Source: Camelus ferus
Lineage: Eukaryota
Assembly (NCBI RefSeq): GCF_009834535.1
Contig: NC_045698.1
Span: 11,968,001 to 12,032,000 of the forward strand
Direction of reading: 5' to 3'
DNA length: 64,000 nt
Under the pieces are notes generated by a model that was given only the letters and a program-made list of their open reading frames with translations, searched no databases and was not told the DNA's origin. Each line of letters starts with the position of its first letter. Position 1 is the stretch's first letter. The position numbers and the translations under genes are program-made. Below are positions 22,302 to 36,583 of this stretch, piece after piece.

Positions 22302-22486
22302 CAGTGGTTCTCAAACAGGGGCGATCTTATCCCCAGGGGACATGTGGCAATGACTGGAGGGAGGCTCCCGGCACCGAGTGGGCAGAGGCCAGGGATGTGG
22401 CTAAAATCATACCACGCACAGGACAGCCTCCACAGCAAAGGGTTATCTGCCCGAAATGTCCACAGTGCTGAGGCCGAGAACCCCTG
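22302..22486. mobile_element. MER20-like hAT DNA transposon
   Basis: Termini cagtggttctc ... gagaacccctg with a typical internal sequence. Confidence 0.75.
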
Positions 22487-23855
22487 CCCTACTGCTCCTA
22501 AATGAGGGAAGTCGTGGGTGTACTGTAGTTTAAAAGATGATTAAGCTAAATTCTCTCCAGAGCTTTTGTCTATTTGGAAGGATCTGGTAAAAATCATGCC
22601 AGTCAATCAAGCTTTCAGAAATGAATTCTATGGATGATCTGTCCTTTTATCATCTTAAAAAAGAAGTTGAATAAACAAAGTCTTAAAAAATACTTTGTGA
22701 AGCTAATTTCTCAGGTTCTGCTTTGGTATTTCCACCAGAGGAAGCCTAGCCTAGGCCTATGTGACAGATGTGGGCCTGTTTTGCTGCTGTGTGCTGTACA
22801 GGCCACGATAGTGTACTGCCCTATAGTTTTCTTATTACTGTAGGAAGAATTACATTTTCAAAACAGACTCTGCCTGCCCGTCCTTCCTCTGTCATTGTCT
22901 ACAGCTGCCCCAGCCTTAGAAGGTTGTTGTTCTGAGTTAAACAGCTGGTCTGTACCTAAGCTGTGATAGCACCCCAGGGTGACTTCCTCATGATAGGTGT
23001 CTCCACCGGCAGTGTATACGCCCACCATTGCTACAAATCTCCCAGGCAGTGGAGAGAAGTGGGATAAGGGCTTCGCTGACTAGATCCAGGATCGTGGGTA
23101 ACTTCCTCAATCTGTCTAAGTTTCAGTTCGCTCATATGTCAAGTAAGGATAACAGAATCTAACTCAGACTTGTCATAAGGATAAAATAAGCTGCCTGACC
23201 ATGCTAACTGCTCAGTAAATATGAGGTTTATTAGGGTCTTATTATCATTCCATTCCCTGTTTTTCCAAATGTGTCTTCAGTAGCTGCTCCCATTCTTCTC
23301 CACTAATCATAACACCATAAACACTGTTAGATACTTTTCACATTCATGGCTTTTCTTCACCTTTTCACACCTGGGATAAATTCCCACCAATAGGAAACAT
23401 GTACCCCAAAGAAGCCAGAATTCAAACTCCAAACCTCCCCCTGCCCCCAGAACACAGACAGGAATCCTGGGTGCTGTCAATCAGATACACCCAGGCCAGA
23501 CTACCACGTGCAAGTCTGAGCAACACATGGAGACAAGAATCAGTTCAAAGGATAAGAGGAAGGGCTAGTTTAACAAGAAACACTTGGATAGGGCCAAAAC
23601 ACTTGATAAGAAACAGAAAAGAAAGGGTCTATGTATTGAAAAATAATGACTGATCAAAGCATTGAGAGAGAACGGGAGTGAAGAAAATATTGATCCAACT
23701 TAAGCAAAACAGCTAAGACAACTACCAGGTGACCTTCAGAATCTACCTCGTCCGCACACTGTGAGTTGTAGGTTCTCTCTCCTCAGTGTGGAAGGGGAGT
23801 GATGGGAACATGCCTCTCCAATAATCTCAGTGGTATTTTGGACAAACGCACTTAC

Positions 23856-23968
23856 CGGAAGGGAGAATCAGCTCCATGGTTTCGTCATCATATTCCAAGG
23901 TCTTTCCTGAGGGCAAGTCCTCAGTCTCTTCAGGGTCCTCCCCCTCCTTGTGATCTGGGTAGCTACTC
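23856..23968 (-). CDS. ZNF622: ZNF622 exon 4
   Basis: AG/GT boundaries; SSYPDHKEGED...LEYDDETMELILPS; 113 nt. Confidence 0.95.
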
Positions 23969-24179
23969 CTGGAGCAGTGGAGTGGCATTAATACATTTAA
24001 TACACAGATCAAGACCTCAAGACCTAAAAGACATAAACTGTATTTGCCAATGCGGCAAATCCATGTGCTGCCTAAAGGGTGAGCGGTGGGGGGTGTAAAC
24101 AGATGCAGAGACTGCCAGATAAAAGGTTTTGGAGAAAAAAATAACCTGTTAGCATTTTCTCTGTAGTAAAAGATGCAAG

Positions 24180-25510
24180 TTACCTATGAACGCAAAATGG
24201 ATCACCGACTTAAATGTAAAATGCGTAACTATAACAACTCCTAGAAGATAACATAGGAAAAATTCTAGATGACTTAAGGTTTGGTGATGACTTTTTAGGT
24301 AATGCACCAAAAGCACAGTTAATGAAAGAAAGAATGGATAAGCTGAACTTCATTCAAACTGAAAACTTCCGCTCTGTGAAAACCAATGCCAAGAGAATTA
24401 AAATAGAAAATACAGAATTGGAAAAAATATTTGCAGAAAACACATCTGATAAAGAATTGTTATTCAAAATATAAAAGAACTCTTAAAATTCAATAAGAAA
24501 ATAAACCCGATTAAAAAAATAGACCAAAAACCTTAACAGACACCTCACTAAGATATACAGATGGCAAATAAGAGGTGTTTTACAGCACGTGTCACCAGAA
24601 AGACACAAATTAAAGCAGTGAGAAACCACTACACATGTATCTGAATGGCCAAAGTCCAGAACACGGACAACACCAAATGCTGGTGAGGACGTGGAGCCAC
24701 AGGGACTCCGTTCAGTGACAGTGAGAACACAGAAACGTACAGCTACTCAGGGAGACAGTTTGAAAGTTTCTGGCAAAACTGAACATATTCATACCATAGG
24801 ATACAGCGGTTGTGCTGCTTGCTATTCACTCGAAGGAGCTGAAACTTATGTCCATACACAAACCTGCACATGGAGGTTTATAGCAACTTTATTCAAAATT
24901 GCTAAAACATGGAAGCCATCAAGATGTACCTCAGTAGGTAGATACATAAATAAACTACAGCATAGCCAGACAATGGAATATTTTTAGAATTACCTGGAAA
25001 GAAATGAGCTATCAAACCAGGAGAAGACATGAAGGAATCTTATATGCATGTTACCAAGTGAAAGAAGCCAGTCTGAAAGGCTGTATAACGTACGACGTAA
25101 TGTGCGACTACTAGAGGATGCTCTGGAAAAACCATGGAGACACTGGAGAGAAGGAATTGCCAGGGGTTAGGGTGGAGGAGAGTGATGAACAGGCAGAATA
25201 CAAAGGATTTTTAGGTCACTGAAACTACTCTGTATGATACTCTAATGGCGGATACATGTCATTATAAGTACATCTGTCCAATCTTATAGAATGGACCATA
25301 CCAAGAGTGAACTCTAAACCATGGACTTTGATTATTAATTGATTCAGTGTTAACTGATGGATCAATGTAGGTTCATCAATAGTAACGAATGTACCACTTG
25401 TAGAAGATGTTGCTAATGAGGGAGGCTGTGCACGTGTGGGTAAGGGGGAATATGGGAAATCCCTGTACCTTCTGCTCAATTTTGCTGTGAACCTAAAATT
25501 GGTTTTAAAG
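24180..25510 (+). mobile_element. Old LINE-1 3' portion (L1M-type) in ZNF622 intron 3
   Basis: Degenerate ORF2 C-terminal and 3' UTR motifs (aaatggatcaccgacttaaatgtaaaa, caccaaatgctggtgagga, tctgctcaattttgctgtgaacctaaaa). Confidence 0.8.
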
Positions 25511-26757
25511 AGCGAGCAAATGACTTATAACTGAACTCTTTCCCCTACGTATCTGTTTCTCCTAGCAGGGTTGTGAACCAGAAAGGAAGAGAACAATGTA
25601 GAGGTGGAAATGTGGTTCTCCTCAATTTAATCATTATAAAAACAAGTTCCAGAACAGTGACGTCCAGTAGAACCCTATAAAGATAGAAATTTTCTCTCTG
25701 AGTCCAACATGGTAGCTGTCCAGTCACATGTGCTTTTAAGCACTGAGTTTTGGATTATAGGCAGTACAACTGAAGAATTCAATTTTTAAATTTTTAGATT
25801 AATTTTTAGTTAACTTAAATGGCCACATGAGCACCCCTAGTATTTATCATACTAAACACCACAGTTCTAGAAGAATCTCTCTGTTTCTAGAAATATTCAC
25901 ACACAAAAATAATTAAAGGCACACTAAATGTGAATAGTAAGGCAGATAAGCCAATAGGAAAACAGACAAAAGACTTAGTCAGACACTTCACAAGAAATAA
26001 GCTAAATGAGCACTTATATATAAAAAAGTTCTCAACTACATTAGTGCTCATTAGGGAAATGCAAATTAAAACCACAATGGATATACACTACACAGCCACC
26101 AAAGAGACTACAATGAAAAACTCTCCCTCACTACAAGTGAGAAATGAGAAATCAGGAGGAAAAGGCAAAAGGACAATTTATAAGACTAGAACTTTTCTGA
26201 ACACCCGTATCAGGTGGGCTCTGTACACCTGGCATGGTCATTACACACACCGGCTTGCACAGCACCCCTGTGCTAGGTCATAGGCATCTGGACACTAGGA
26301 ACCAGATGTTCTGCAGTGCCTAGCATGAATGTGTGGCATGATGTGGGACTTAGAAAGCCGCCACCCATCCAGACTCCCTTAGGAGACAGCTTGTGATTCA
26401 AGGACTCTCAGGGAAACCAAAATGTGAAACCTCATTTCCAGGCCTCTGTTCATGAGGTCACTGGCAAAGCTGAACTTCTGACCATTGAAACCACAAAAGT
26501 AAGTTTTCAAACCAGACAAACTTCAGTTTGGCCCTGACATCTTCTCTTTATCAGGTATGTGTGTTTAACTCTGTGACACTCAGTTTCGCATCTACAACAT
26601 GACAGGAAATAACCCCCTCCTATACAAGTGTTCTCAGAGGTACTAAGAATCCTGCACTGGACAGAGCCAGACAAAGGTCAGGCCTGGGCGTATCTACACC
26701 ACTTCAGAGCGAACATGATGAACTCACTCTCCTCCACTTTACAAACCACAGACTTAC

Positions 26758-26920
26758 CTAAAATCATAGAAGTCTGCAAATTCCAAAAGAGCGTCTCCAT
26801 CTGTGAAGAGCTTACAGTGACTCCTGTCATTCATGTGAGCCTGCACAGCTTCCGTGGAGTAGAAGGATTTCCCTTTCTCGTTGCACCACAAGCAAATCTT
26901 CCCGACACCAACTTTCTCTC
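26758..26920 (-). CDS. ZNF622: ZNF622 exon 3
   Basis: AG/GT boundaries; EKVGVGKICLWCNEKGKSFYSTEAVQAHMNDRSHCKL...DFYDF (zinc finger); 163 nt. Confidence 0.96.
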
Positions 26921-27150
26921 CTGGAAAAGTAAGTTGAGGAGAAAAAGATGAAAGCAGCTTTTTGCAGCCAGCTTACATCTCACCATCTATCCCCACAGTT
27001 CAAAAAATATGCATCAAGTTTTGGATTCTCACAAAATCAACAGTTCATTCAATCCAAGATGGATGAGAAACACAAAACTCACGTTCTCTTAAGATCTGCC
27101 TCCCCAATACTGTGCTCATTCATTTAAAAAAGAAAAACTATTACACTTAC

Positions 27151-27411
27151 CCAAATATTTAATCAGTCCCTTAAGATCTGAAAGATATTCTATGTCAGGA
27201 ATAAAGAAGCTGTGGACTTTGGTCATATGAGCCACATTCTTCATGAGGGAGCTTGAATGATGGGGACAAAATAAGCAGTCCGTCACGGGGATGGCGCCAA
27301 CTGGGGCGCTCACTCCAGCCTCTTCCTCCTCTGCATCCTGCTCCTCCTCCTCGTCCATGGCTTCAGCATCCTCACACTCCAATTCCTCATCAGAATCAAG
27401 ATCTTCCCAGT
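27151..27411 (-). CDS. ZNF622: ZNF622 exon 2
   Basis: AAG acceptor and GTAAGT donor; DWEDLDSDEELECED...CLFCPHHSSSLMKNVAHMTKVHSFFIPDIEYL; 261 nt. Confidence 0.93.
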
Positions 27412-28175
27412 CTTCCAGCCAGAGATTTGAAAAACAGAGTTAGTTGAAGATCTCAAACGTTATTCATTTACCACAGACAAGTTTGCATGGCTAAGAAATG
27501 CTTTAGTCTTTCTTTTCCAGGACACAGTAAACCCTTTGAAGGAGACGTATGCTCCTTTGCTATGCATATGTGAACTCACGTAATTAGTGTTAATGGTATG
27601 TGGCATGAGGGAAATATAGCTCATCAAGTCAAGGTGGCTAGGCTGCTGGCTCCAAGCTCACATTTCCGGTTAGCCGGCTGATTCTGAACACTTCAAAGTA
27701 AAGCAAAGCCATCATAACCAGCAACCCAATAGAATTTGACATTCTACAGCAGACGGTGCGGCAGCAACATGTCCTCATATGCATATGTTCTGTACACTAG
27801 AAACTAATACAACACTGTAAATCAACTATACTTCTATTTTAAAAAAGAGAAAAAATTAAAAAAAACCTCATTCAATATGGAGAAGGCATCCACTCATCCT
27901 ACAAATATTTATTAACTGCTCCTCCCTGCCTCCGCAATCCCTCATTTAATGTTTCAGTCCCTGTATCTACAACAGTGAACTAAACACACAAATGCCCTAT
28001 GGGGATGCTGGCCACACAAGTCACTTCAGAATGCGTCAAAACCAGCCTCACTCATCACTTTCACTTAAGAAATGACACCTGCTCACTCCAACCTGTAAGT
28101 TAAATCTGTAAATTTAAGGGGTGGGGAGTCAATCCCCTCCCCCTCCCCCACCCCGCCCCCCAGACCGCCCCTTAC

Positions 28176-28785
28176 CATCTCCATCCAGGTCCTCTTCACT
28201 CTCCTCCTCCCTCTGCTGCTTCGCCAGCTTCTTTGCCTGCTGTTCAAACCACTGCAGCCGGGGAGGTTTCTCGGCAGGGTCTCGCTGCTGAGTCCCACGT
28301 CCTCCAGCAGCCACGGCCACGGGACTCGGGGACTCCGCCTCGGGCACAAGGGGCGCCTTCTTGGGTGACGTGGACGGCTGGGCCTTGATGGCCTGCTGGA
28401 TGGCCGCGTTCACCGCATCCTTGTCCACACTGTCCACGCCCAGCCCTTTCTCCAAGTTCTTTTCATTCATTATCGCCACTTTCCTACTCACCGCCTTCTT
28501 CTCCAGCTCCACATGCCGCCGGGACTTGAGATGGTTTTCGTAGGCCTTGAAGGAGGCAAACTTCTTACTGCAGACGGCGCAGTAGGTGGCCGCGCCCTTG
28601 CTCTCCGGCTCCGCCAGGGCCCGCTGCGCCCGCACCCGCTCCTGGAAGCCCTCGGCGCTGACCGGGGCCATGCCGGCCACTTTGCGCCTCAGGTTGTAGC
28701 GGTGCCAGTCCGTCTTGTAGTGGGCCCGCTGCGCCTCCGCGTCGTACAGCGCCACGCGGCAGGTGTTGCAGGTGTAGGTCGCCAT
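28176..28785 (-). CDS. ZNF622: ZNF622 exon 1 (cytoplasmic pre-60S maturation factor, Rei1 homolog)
   Basis: MATYTCNTC...HYKTDWHRYNLRRKVA and CAVC..HLKSRRH zinc fingers; GTAAG donor; 610 nt; the six exons sum to 1419 nt. Confidence 0.97.
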
Positions 28786-29520
28786 CGCCAGGCGCGAACT
28801 AAGAGGCGACTAAGGCAGAAATCTGGGGACCAGCCACCCGACCCTACCAGACGCTCAAACCTCACACGTCAGAACCCACGGAAAGCCAGACTGAAGGCCG
28901 ACTTCCGGACTGGATTGAGGTTAGGCCCAGCCGGGCAGGAAGTTCCGCCTCCCGACCTATAGCCCCGCCCCCCGCGGAGACTCCCGGGAAAGCTAGGATA
29001 GCCTGCGGCTAATTCGGTCTGGCCTAGTTCGCCTGAGGTGAGTGTTGATTGAGTCGCCCGAGGTGGGCGTGGCCTGAGGTGGGTGGGGGCGGCCCCGCCC
29101 CCGCTGGTTTGGGCCTTGGTGGTTGTGCAGTGAAGCGGGATGCTGGAAAGGCGACCGTCAGGCCGGAAGGGGGAGTAGGGCACCCGGGGCCGAGAGGAGA
29201 GGTCTGTGCGACCGCCCGGCAGTCCGGGCTTCTCTGAGGTCCGCCCGCTGCGCCGCTGCAGCCCGGGAGTGGGTGTCACGAGAGCCAGGGCTGCTGATTA
29301 GCTCTCGGGGGAGCACCTGAGCTCTCGTCCCGCGGGCAGGAGTCCCGGCAAACCGCAGCCTCAGGTCGGAGGTTGAGGGAATTTACAGCAAAAGCCGAGT
29401 CCAGGTCGGAACCTCGGCGTTTCTGCGGCGGCCGGCCCTGCGGAGGGCGCGGGGGATTTCGTGGATGCAGTCTGCCAGCCGGGGGCCCAGGGCCCAGGGC
29501 CCAGCCCATCCTCTGCCCGG
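28786..29520 (-). promoter_or_regulatory. ZNF622: ZNF622 5' UTR and CpG-island promoter
   Basis: High GC and CpG density continuing from exon 1; ETS-type GGAAGT sites near 28900-28945; GC boxes. Confidence 0.85.
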
Positions 29521-30454
29521 TATAAATAGAATTCCAGCCACATAGCTTATCTTAAATCTAAGAGTAGCCACATTTTTTTTAAAGCAAAAAGAAAGAGGCG
29601 AGATAGCCATATTTTATTTAACCCAGTATATTATCATCTCAACGTGTAATTAATAAGACAAAGGATTTAATGAGACATTTTACGTTGGCTTGTTGGTACC
29701 AAATTTTGGGTACCAACCCAAGTATGTATTTTACATTTAACAGCACATCTGACTTCGGGCCAGCCTCATTTCATGCGCTATGTTACCTCTGTTGTTTCAT
29801 AGGTGGTAGTTCAGTTGTACAGGAAGCATGATGTTAAAGGCTTAGGGAATTCTTACACTTATCTGCACAGCCTTGCTGAACCAGTCAGCCTGTTTCAGAA
29901 TTGAGCGGTTGCATGTTTAGAGTCCAAGTGACCCAGGGCACCAAAGAAGATAAAGATGTTTTTTAAAATGCAGGTCAAATCATATTGCTCTCCTTCCTCA
30001 AAATCTTCTGGTGCTTCCCCTGACTCAGAATAAAATTCAGACCCTTTACTGCTATGGTCTGAATGTGTTCCCCCACAATTCATAATTTTTTTCCTGCCTT
30101 CTCTAATCCGTTTCCATGACCCATTTCGGCATCTTTGAACTCTCTAGTTTCCTTACTTACTGTCTTAAAAGGGACATTGTTTTCTCCAGAATACTAATTT
30201 TCCAGTGGACTGCAATTCTACTGCAATCTCTGAGAGAGCCTTCTCTTCCCTCTTGGTCTACCCTGCGGCACAGAGATAACCACACTAATTCTCCTCAACC
30301 ATATTTCCTCTTGTGTCCCTCATTTAGTTCCAGAATGGTTGTCTGTTGCCCACAGGTGAAGTTTAAATTTCTTTGTCTGGTTTTCAGTATCTCTTAAAGC
30401 CTCTCCACCATGCTATCTCCAGGAATATGTGTGTGTGTTTTGTTTTGTTTTTTT

Positions 30455-31020
30455 CTAGACTACCAAGCAATTGTGCAGCACCAGCTGGGTGTCCTCCAGT
30501 TAACTCAATTCTAACACTATCTACCTGGAGATGATGTCAGGTCCCACAGGTTAGGTGTTCAGTCCCTCAAGAGTAGTTCCACTTCAGAACCCGACTCCAA
30601 GTCTAGTGTTATGTGTGCTTCTGAACAACTAGCTGTAAATCAGAGGTTTCCATGACCCCCTCCTCAGGTTCGATTAATTTACTAGAGCAGCTCACAGAAC
30701 TCTGGAAACTATTTACTAGATTCCCAGTTTATTACAAAGGATATTAAAGGATGTAAATGATGAACAGCCATATGAGGAGATACATAGGGTGAGGTCAGGA
30801 GGTCTCCAAACACAGGAGATTCTGTCCCCCTGGAGTTCTGGTTGGGACACCCTCTCAGCCAGGCTACCTAGGGGCTTTACAAAAGTCACCTCATCAACAT
30901 AAGAAAAGACACTTTTTATCACTCTCATCACTTAAGATCTTTCAAGGGTTTTAGGAACTCTGTGCCAGGAATGGGACAAAGACCAAATATCTCTACCTTA
31001 CTATATATCACAATATCACA
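30455..31020. mobile_element. MER21-like LTR fragment
   Basis: caccagctgggtgtcct..attctaacactatctacctggagat..tcccacaggtt..gaaaagacactt..caatatcaca. Confidence 0.6.
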
Positions 31021-32677
31021 CTATATAATATCCTACTGGTTTTGAATTAAAACACCCCTGTCTTCAAGGAGATTTTTCTGACTTGTTAAAGATGGTAAGA
31101 ACTACACAATTAACTAATACAATAAAAATGGAGTCAAGTACAATGAAATACAAAGAAAGGGGCAATGAGTATTTAGAATAGAAAAATGTTATCAGGGAGA
31201 TCAGAAAAGTTTTCACTGTATATCTGAAATTAATACAATATTGTAAATCAACTATAATTAAATTAAAAGTTTTTATTAAGGAGTTGACATTGCAATGGGT
31301 CCTGAGGAGGGGGAAGTGGTAAAGTGGGGTGGAGCAGGTAGAAGAGATACAGTGGATGGAGGGAAGTAAGGGCATATTCAGGAAGAGTGCAGGTCTGGTT
31401 TGTGTGAGGGAAAAGGTACAGGGAAAGAAGGGGAAAGAGGACAGGGAAGTATTAAGGTATCACTGGGTAAAGAGTTGAATTCTAGAGTTGGCTGTTCGTT
31501 TTTCAGCTGGTAAACAGTAGGACTCTGAAAGTGTTTCAGTTTTTATGGGCATCAGGAATAGACCTGGGCCTTGAGTAGATCCAGCAGCAGTATCTGGAAC
31601 TGATTGGAGAAATATCAGAAAGGAACCGGGCTAGAGCCAGTAGCTCCTCGGTAAATGCAAGCCCACTGACCAAGAGAGTTTTGAGTTGAATTTCTCCACA
31701 GCATATCTAGAGCATTATGTTAACGTGTCTAACCTCTGCTGGTAATACTATCAAGAATGTTTATTACCAAATCAGTCATTCTTCCAAAGAAGAATGAGTT
31801 TGCCCATGATCAAAATTTTAGATTTGAAAATAATGGAAATTAGAATTCCTTCTGGATACTGTGACATAGCCCTTAAAATAATTTGCTTAATTACCAAATT
31901 ACTGAAGTTACTGTGCACAGTGACAGTACCCACGATGATGTTCTTTTTCAGCTTGGATGACACTGGGATGGTGATCTTTGATAATTACAAAATTTAAGAT
32001 AAAAGCTAATCAGGTCACCTTCCAGTCAATCTGTACTACTTTCCATATTCCTATATTGCAGGGGCAATGATTTTTAAAGGGATAAGTATAAAGGTGATTG
32101 GGTTAGTTGAGATTAAATTTTAGGGGGTAGTAAATACAGATTGCAAAACTGACATACATTTATTAAGTGGTTTACAACTTCTATGAATTTCGTGTTCATA
32201 AAAATGTTAAGTAAAGCATTATGATTTTGAATAAACCATTTTAAAACATTTTACTACCTCTTAGTTTTTGGATATCTAGATATGCAAAGTTTTCTTAACA
32301 AGGGATTGAAGTTTATAGCAAAATTTGGTTATTGCAGCATTTAAAATAGTTTGGATCAGCTGGCATGTGGATTCTTTGAAAGAAAGAAAAAAACTGAATT
32401 AAAAAATCATTCTTTAATATTTAGTGAAATTCTGTTAAACTGTTATAATTATCATTCTTAATGTATTTTAAAAAACCAAAAAACATTAGGTAAGGTGACA
32501 TATTAGAAAGAGAACAGGCTTTGGGGGCAAAGTGGCTCTTCCTCTTAGTAGTTATGTGACTCTGGACAATTTATTTGACCCCCTCCTTCTGAAAAATGCC
32601 CTTAATACCACTTAATTGTAGAGGCATGAGGATTACACACGATCCTAACTGTGACAGTTTTCTACATGTTAGACTGA

Positions 32678-33008
32678 GGATTGGCAGACTTTTCCTATAA
32701 AGAGACAGATAGGAACTATTTTAGGTTCTGTAGCCTATGGTCTCTGTCATAACCATTCAGCTTCTCTGTTAAGAGCATCAGACTCGGCATAGACAGAACG
32801 TAACTGAGTGCGGCCCTCTCCTAGCCATAGGTAGTAAATCACTATCTCTGGATACTGAAGTTTAAATTTCATTATCTTTTTCGTATGTCATAAAATATTC
32901 ATTTTTTTGAACTATTTAAAAATATTTTAAAAATCACTTTTCACTAGTGTCCCATAAAAACAGGCTGCAGGCCCAGTTTGGCTCATGGGCAGCAATTTGC
33001 CAACCCCG
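32678..33008. mobile_element. MER58-like DNA transposon
   Basis: ggattggcagacttttcctataaag ... tttgccaacccc termini. Confidence 0.55.
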
Positions 33009-36000
33009 GTCTTCAACGTTTAATTCTTATGACATGCTGTGAGGTAGGTGCTTTATCTTAATTTTATAGATGAAGGAAACAGGTACAGATAGGTTCGGTG
33101 ACTTGAAGTCCCACAGCCAGTACGTGTTAGAATCATTCAAAATGGCTAATGTAGAACCTTACAGATGTTTCAGAGTCAAGTGAAATAATAGAGAATTTTG
33201 CAACCTTTCCATCCTCTTATTCCACTCTGTTTATTAGATTATAAGGCCAACATGGGACAGGCCCATTAAAAGAAACTTTGCGTTTTTTCTGTAAGCATGG
33301 ACTTGATTGAATTTTCTTTTTAATGTTCAAAAAGATGGCTTAGCTGAAAAAGGAAAAAAATCCCTATCTTGGTTTTATACAGTTTTTTTCCCCCTGAAAT
33401 TGCTTCAGACACTTTTTTTTCTTTCATTCATTCTCAAAACATCCCTGTGTGAGAGAAATAGCTTCCTAATTCTATGTCTGGGGAGACTGAGGTGGTGGTT
33501 TTGGGGTGTTACTGTGACTTGACAGTGTGTCTTACAGCCATAATATTACCAACAGAACTAGAACTCCTAATTCTGACATCCCATCCTAACTTAAATGCTG
33601 CAGCGGAAAGGGAGGAGTAATACGCAGAAGTACAGTTCAGGGACTTTGTGTTCATGATACACACGACCTCTGACAACAGTAGTTGAATGAAGGTTTTCCA
33701 GATCACGTCCTACTTGTAACTGACATCACTGGGGCAGTGTAGGGAACTACATCCACCTAAGTTTTAAACAGAAGAGGAAAACTTCTACATCACCGTCCTC
33801 TTAAATGAAGATTTGCTCCTGGCCTAAGATCAGCAGTATACTGGCACTTGCCACTTGTTTCAAAAGTAAGAGTGAGATGCCTCAGTGGGTTCAAGATGTT
33901 TGCCAATTGCCAAACATCATAAAAGTTTCTTCTCCTAATATTCCATTCAACTGGGGAGGGGTAGTTTTGTTTAAAAAAAAAAAAAACACTTCTGAAGTTT
34001 TTAGGGTAAGAAAAGAGTAAAGATGTTTCAGAATGAGAATATAAACACTGAGTTGGCCTTCCAAAACAAGCTTGAACTTGAGCCCTGCTTTACTGTTTCA
34101 GACCAAAATGCAGGATCAGTGTATGCTTTTCCCATTGTATGATTTTGCTCAGCATTTTCTACCGAATGTGAACAAAACATCTTTCTACAGCTCCTCTATA
34201 ATTAAGAATAAAATCCATGTTTCATATTTTAATGACTGCATAAATTCTCATGGTACGGGATATGTAATTTCCCACTGTGCTGGATCAATCATAGGATTCA
34301 TTGTTAGTACACCAGAAATAGGACTACATGTAATGTCCCCCCCCAAAAAAAACTACACACACTGAAAACAAACCTCTCAACATCCCTATGTCTGATAGAA
34401 TTAAGAGTACCATTATTGCATTGTGTAAATTTATAATCACATATGTTCTTGAACAAATACTATTGAAGTGCATGTGTGGTTTTAAAGCTACTGTCCACAG
34501 AGAGCTGGTATATCTCCCCCATGGAACTGGCAACACATTTTTCTACCCTACCAACCTCCCCATCCCCAAGTCGCTCTTAATTTAGAGTTTATAACATTCG
34601 ATTCTAGCTTTATTGTTCATACCATCAAGTCTTGAGTTTGCCTCTTTGTAAGCGTGTCCAGTGACTTGTAACAGATTCTTTAATTACTTGAATTATTTAA
34701 CTTCTTGTTTTCCCCTCAAAGAAGAAACTAAAAATACCTTTATACTTCTTTACTTCATGGCCAAGAATATTTTTAAATGAAGAAACATACACATCAAAAA
34801 AAAAAAACCAAAACCTGGTGACAAACTACTTTATAAATATGTGACTGTATTTTTCTTCATGTCCAGAAACTCTTACTGAATAGAATTCAGATATGTCCCT
34901 CCAAAACCCACACAGTTCATAGATCTAACACCAGATTTTCATTTGTACCATAACAGGCAAGATAATGAAGGCACAAGCTCACTTTAAAGGACATCACACA
35001 CAGTCATGAGGCACTAATGACACAGAAACAGAATCAATCACGAAAAGCAGGTGTTCAGAGTCTTCAGTTACTTCTCCCCTTTAACATTTGGCAAAATTCC
35101 GTCTAGATATTTTAATACCTCAGAAAGAAAAAAATAAATAAGAGGTGCTACATTAAAATGTCAGAGGACCTATCATTAGTCTTTAGCAATAGCAAGAAAG
35201 GGATAAAATGAAGGGAGGGGACCACAGATTTCCTATATTCTGGGACGATCCTTCCTTTCTGAGGGCCTCAGATGTCTGTACGCATCTGTCCAAGTGCCAG
35301 CTGTACCTGAAGATTGAAGAGATGGCTGGTAGTTGCTGACATGGTCCCTCAACACGATTCAATGTTTCTATCACAAAAACAAAACTAGCTTGATGTCTGC
35401 TCTTGAGTCCTTTGTTAACAACCTGTCAAATTTGGTTATTTAAAAGTCATCTCAGAAGTTTAAAATAAAGGAAAAATATATCCTGGCTTCCTAAAACGAA
35501 ACAGACTACAGATTTAGACTTCAATGGCAAATGAATACACTTGAAAGCCAAGCAGGTCTCCCTCCAGTAGGAGAGTCTACGCAGACTTCAAAAACAGTTA
35601 CTGTTTCTCTATTGCCCATATCACATCGCTCTTAGAACACATCAGGAGCTATTTGCACAGTTTTAAGAGACTTTTTCCATGACATAATATATGACACATG
35701 AGGATTTAACCTAGTTCTGAGCAGACAGAATAGATCTGCTCTCACAACATCCCTGTTACAAATATATGACAACTGAACAACAAAGCACAGCCCAATCTCT
35801 GTTTACATCAAAACCACCCACCGTCTACATGATACATGATTACTTGCTGTGGGTTAATAGCACCCACTGCTAGGCTAGAGCTGGCAGTCCGTGGGGCGTG
35901 TCATTTACAGGGAAACCTAAGGTCTGTAACTGCAGAAATCACATGGAAATGTACCAGCCTATTCAAAGTGGTTAAATATATTCTTTTACTTTTTCCTAGG

Positions 36001-36280
36001 AAATTAATTTTGGTAGTCTCTCCCAAGTCTTTCAACTAAAGAGACCTTGGTCATTTTTGTCTTTTTATGGTTTCAGGTATTAGGAACAATGGAGTTGATA
36101 TAGCATGTATTCACAATTAATTGTTAACATTTCAGTGAGTTACAATAAGCTGTTTTTGCATGCTTGAAAAATTAACTGTGAAGAAAAAATAAGGAATACT
36201 TTTGGGAGGATCTCAATAATTGAGTGTTTTCTTTTTGCTTTAAAAACAACCTCTAATATTCAACTCTGACAACACGGTGA

Positions 36281-36283
<3 letters not shown>

Positions 36284-36323
<40 letters not shown>
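36284..36323. repeat. (TA)n microsatellite in the RETREG1 3' UTR
   Basis: About 20 TA units. Confidence 0.95.
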
Positions 36324-36333
<10 letters not shown>

Positions 36334-36583
36334 TATATAAAGTTCATTTCCATGCTCATTACATAAAAATAACTATCAGAAATATCACTCTATCAGTGGT
36401 CAGCTGATATATATCCAGTTAATTCACTGCAGAAGGGAAAAAAAAGATCCAAAAATTCTAAAGTAATCAGTAAAGCTCACAGTTCAAAAAGATTTTTTTT
36501 CCTTTTTTTTTTTTTTCTTTTTTTGCTTGTTTGAAATGTTTTGGTAGTTTATCTGTGCTCTGTTGTGCAAGCTGATTCCCAGA

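Noticed and set aside
28513..29610. Overlapping ORFs across the ZNF622 CpG island
   Set aside because: Explained by stop-codon depletion in GC-rich DNA and antisense shadows of exon 1.
29519..29700. TATAAATA at the CpG-island edge as a divergent promoter
   Set aside because: It lies at the start of an AT-rich MER3-like DNA transposon remnant; no supporting gene structure.
29692..29717. 9-bp inverted repeat gttggtacc/ggtaccaac
   Set aside because: Isolated short hairpin, expected by chance or repeat-derived.
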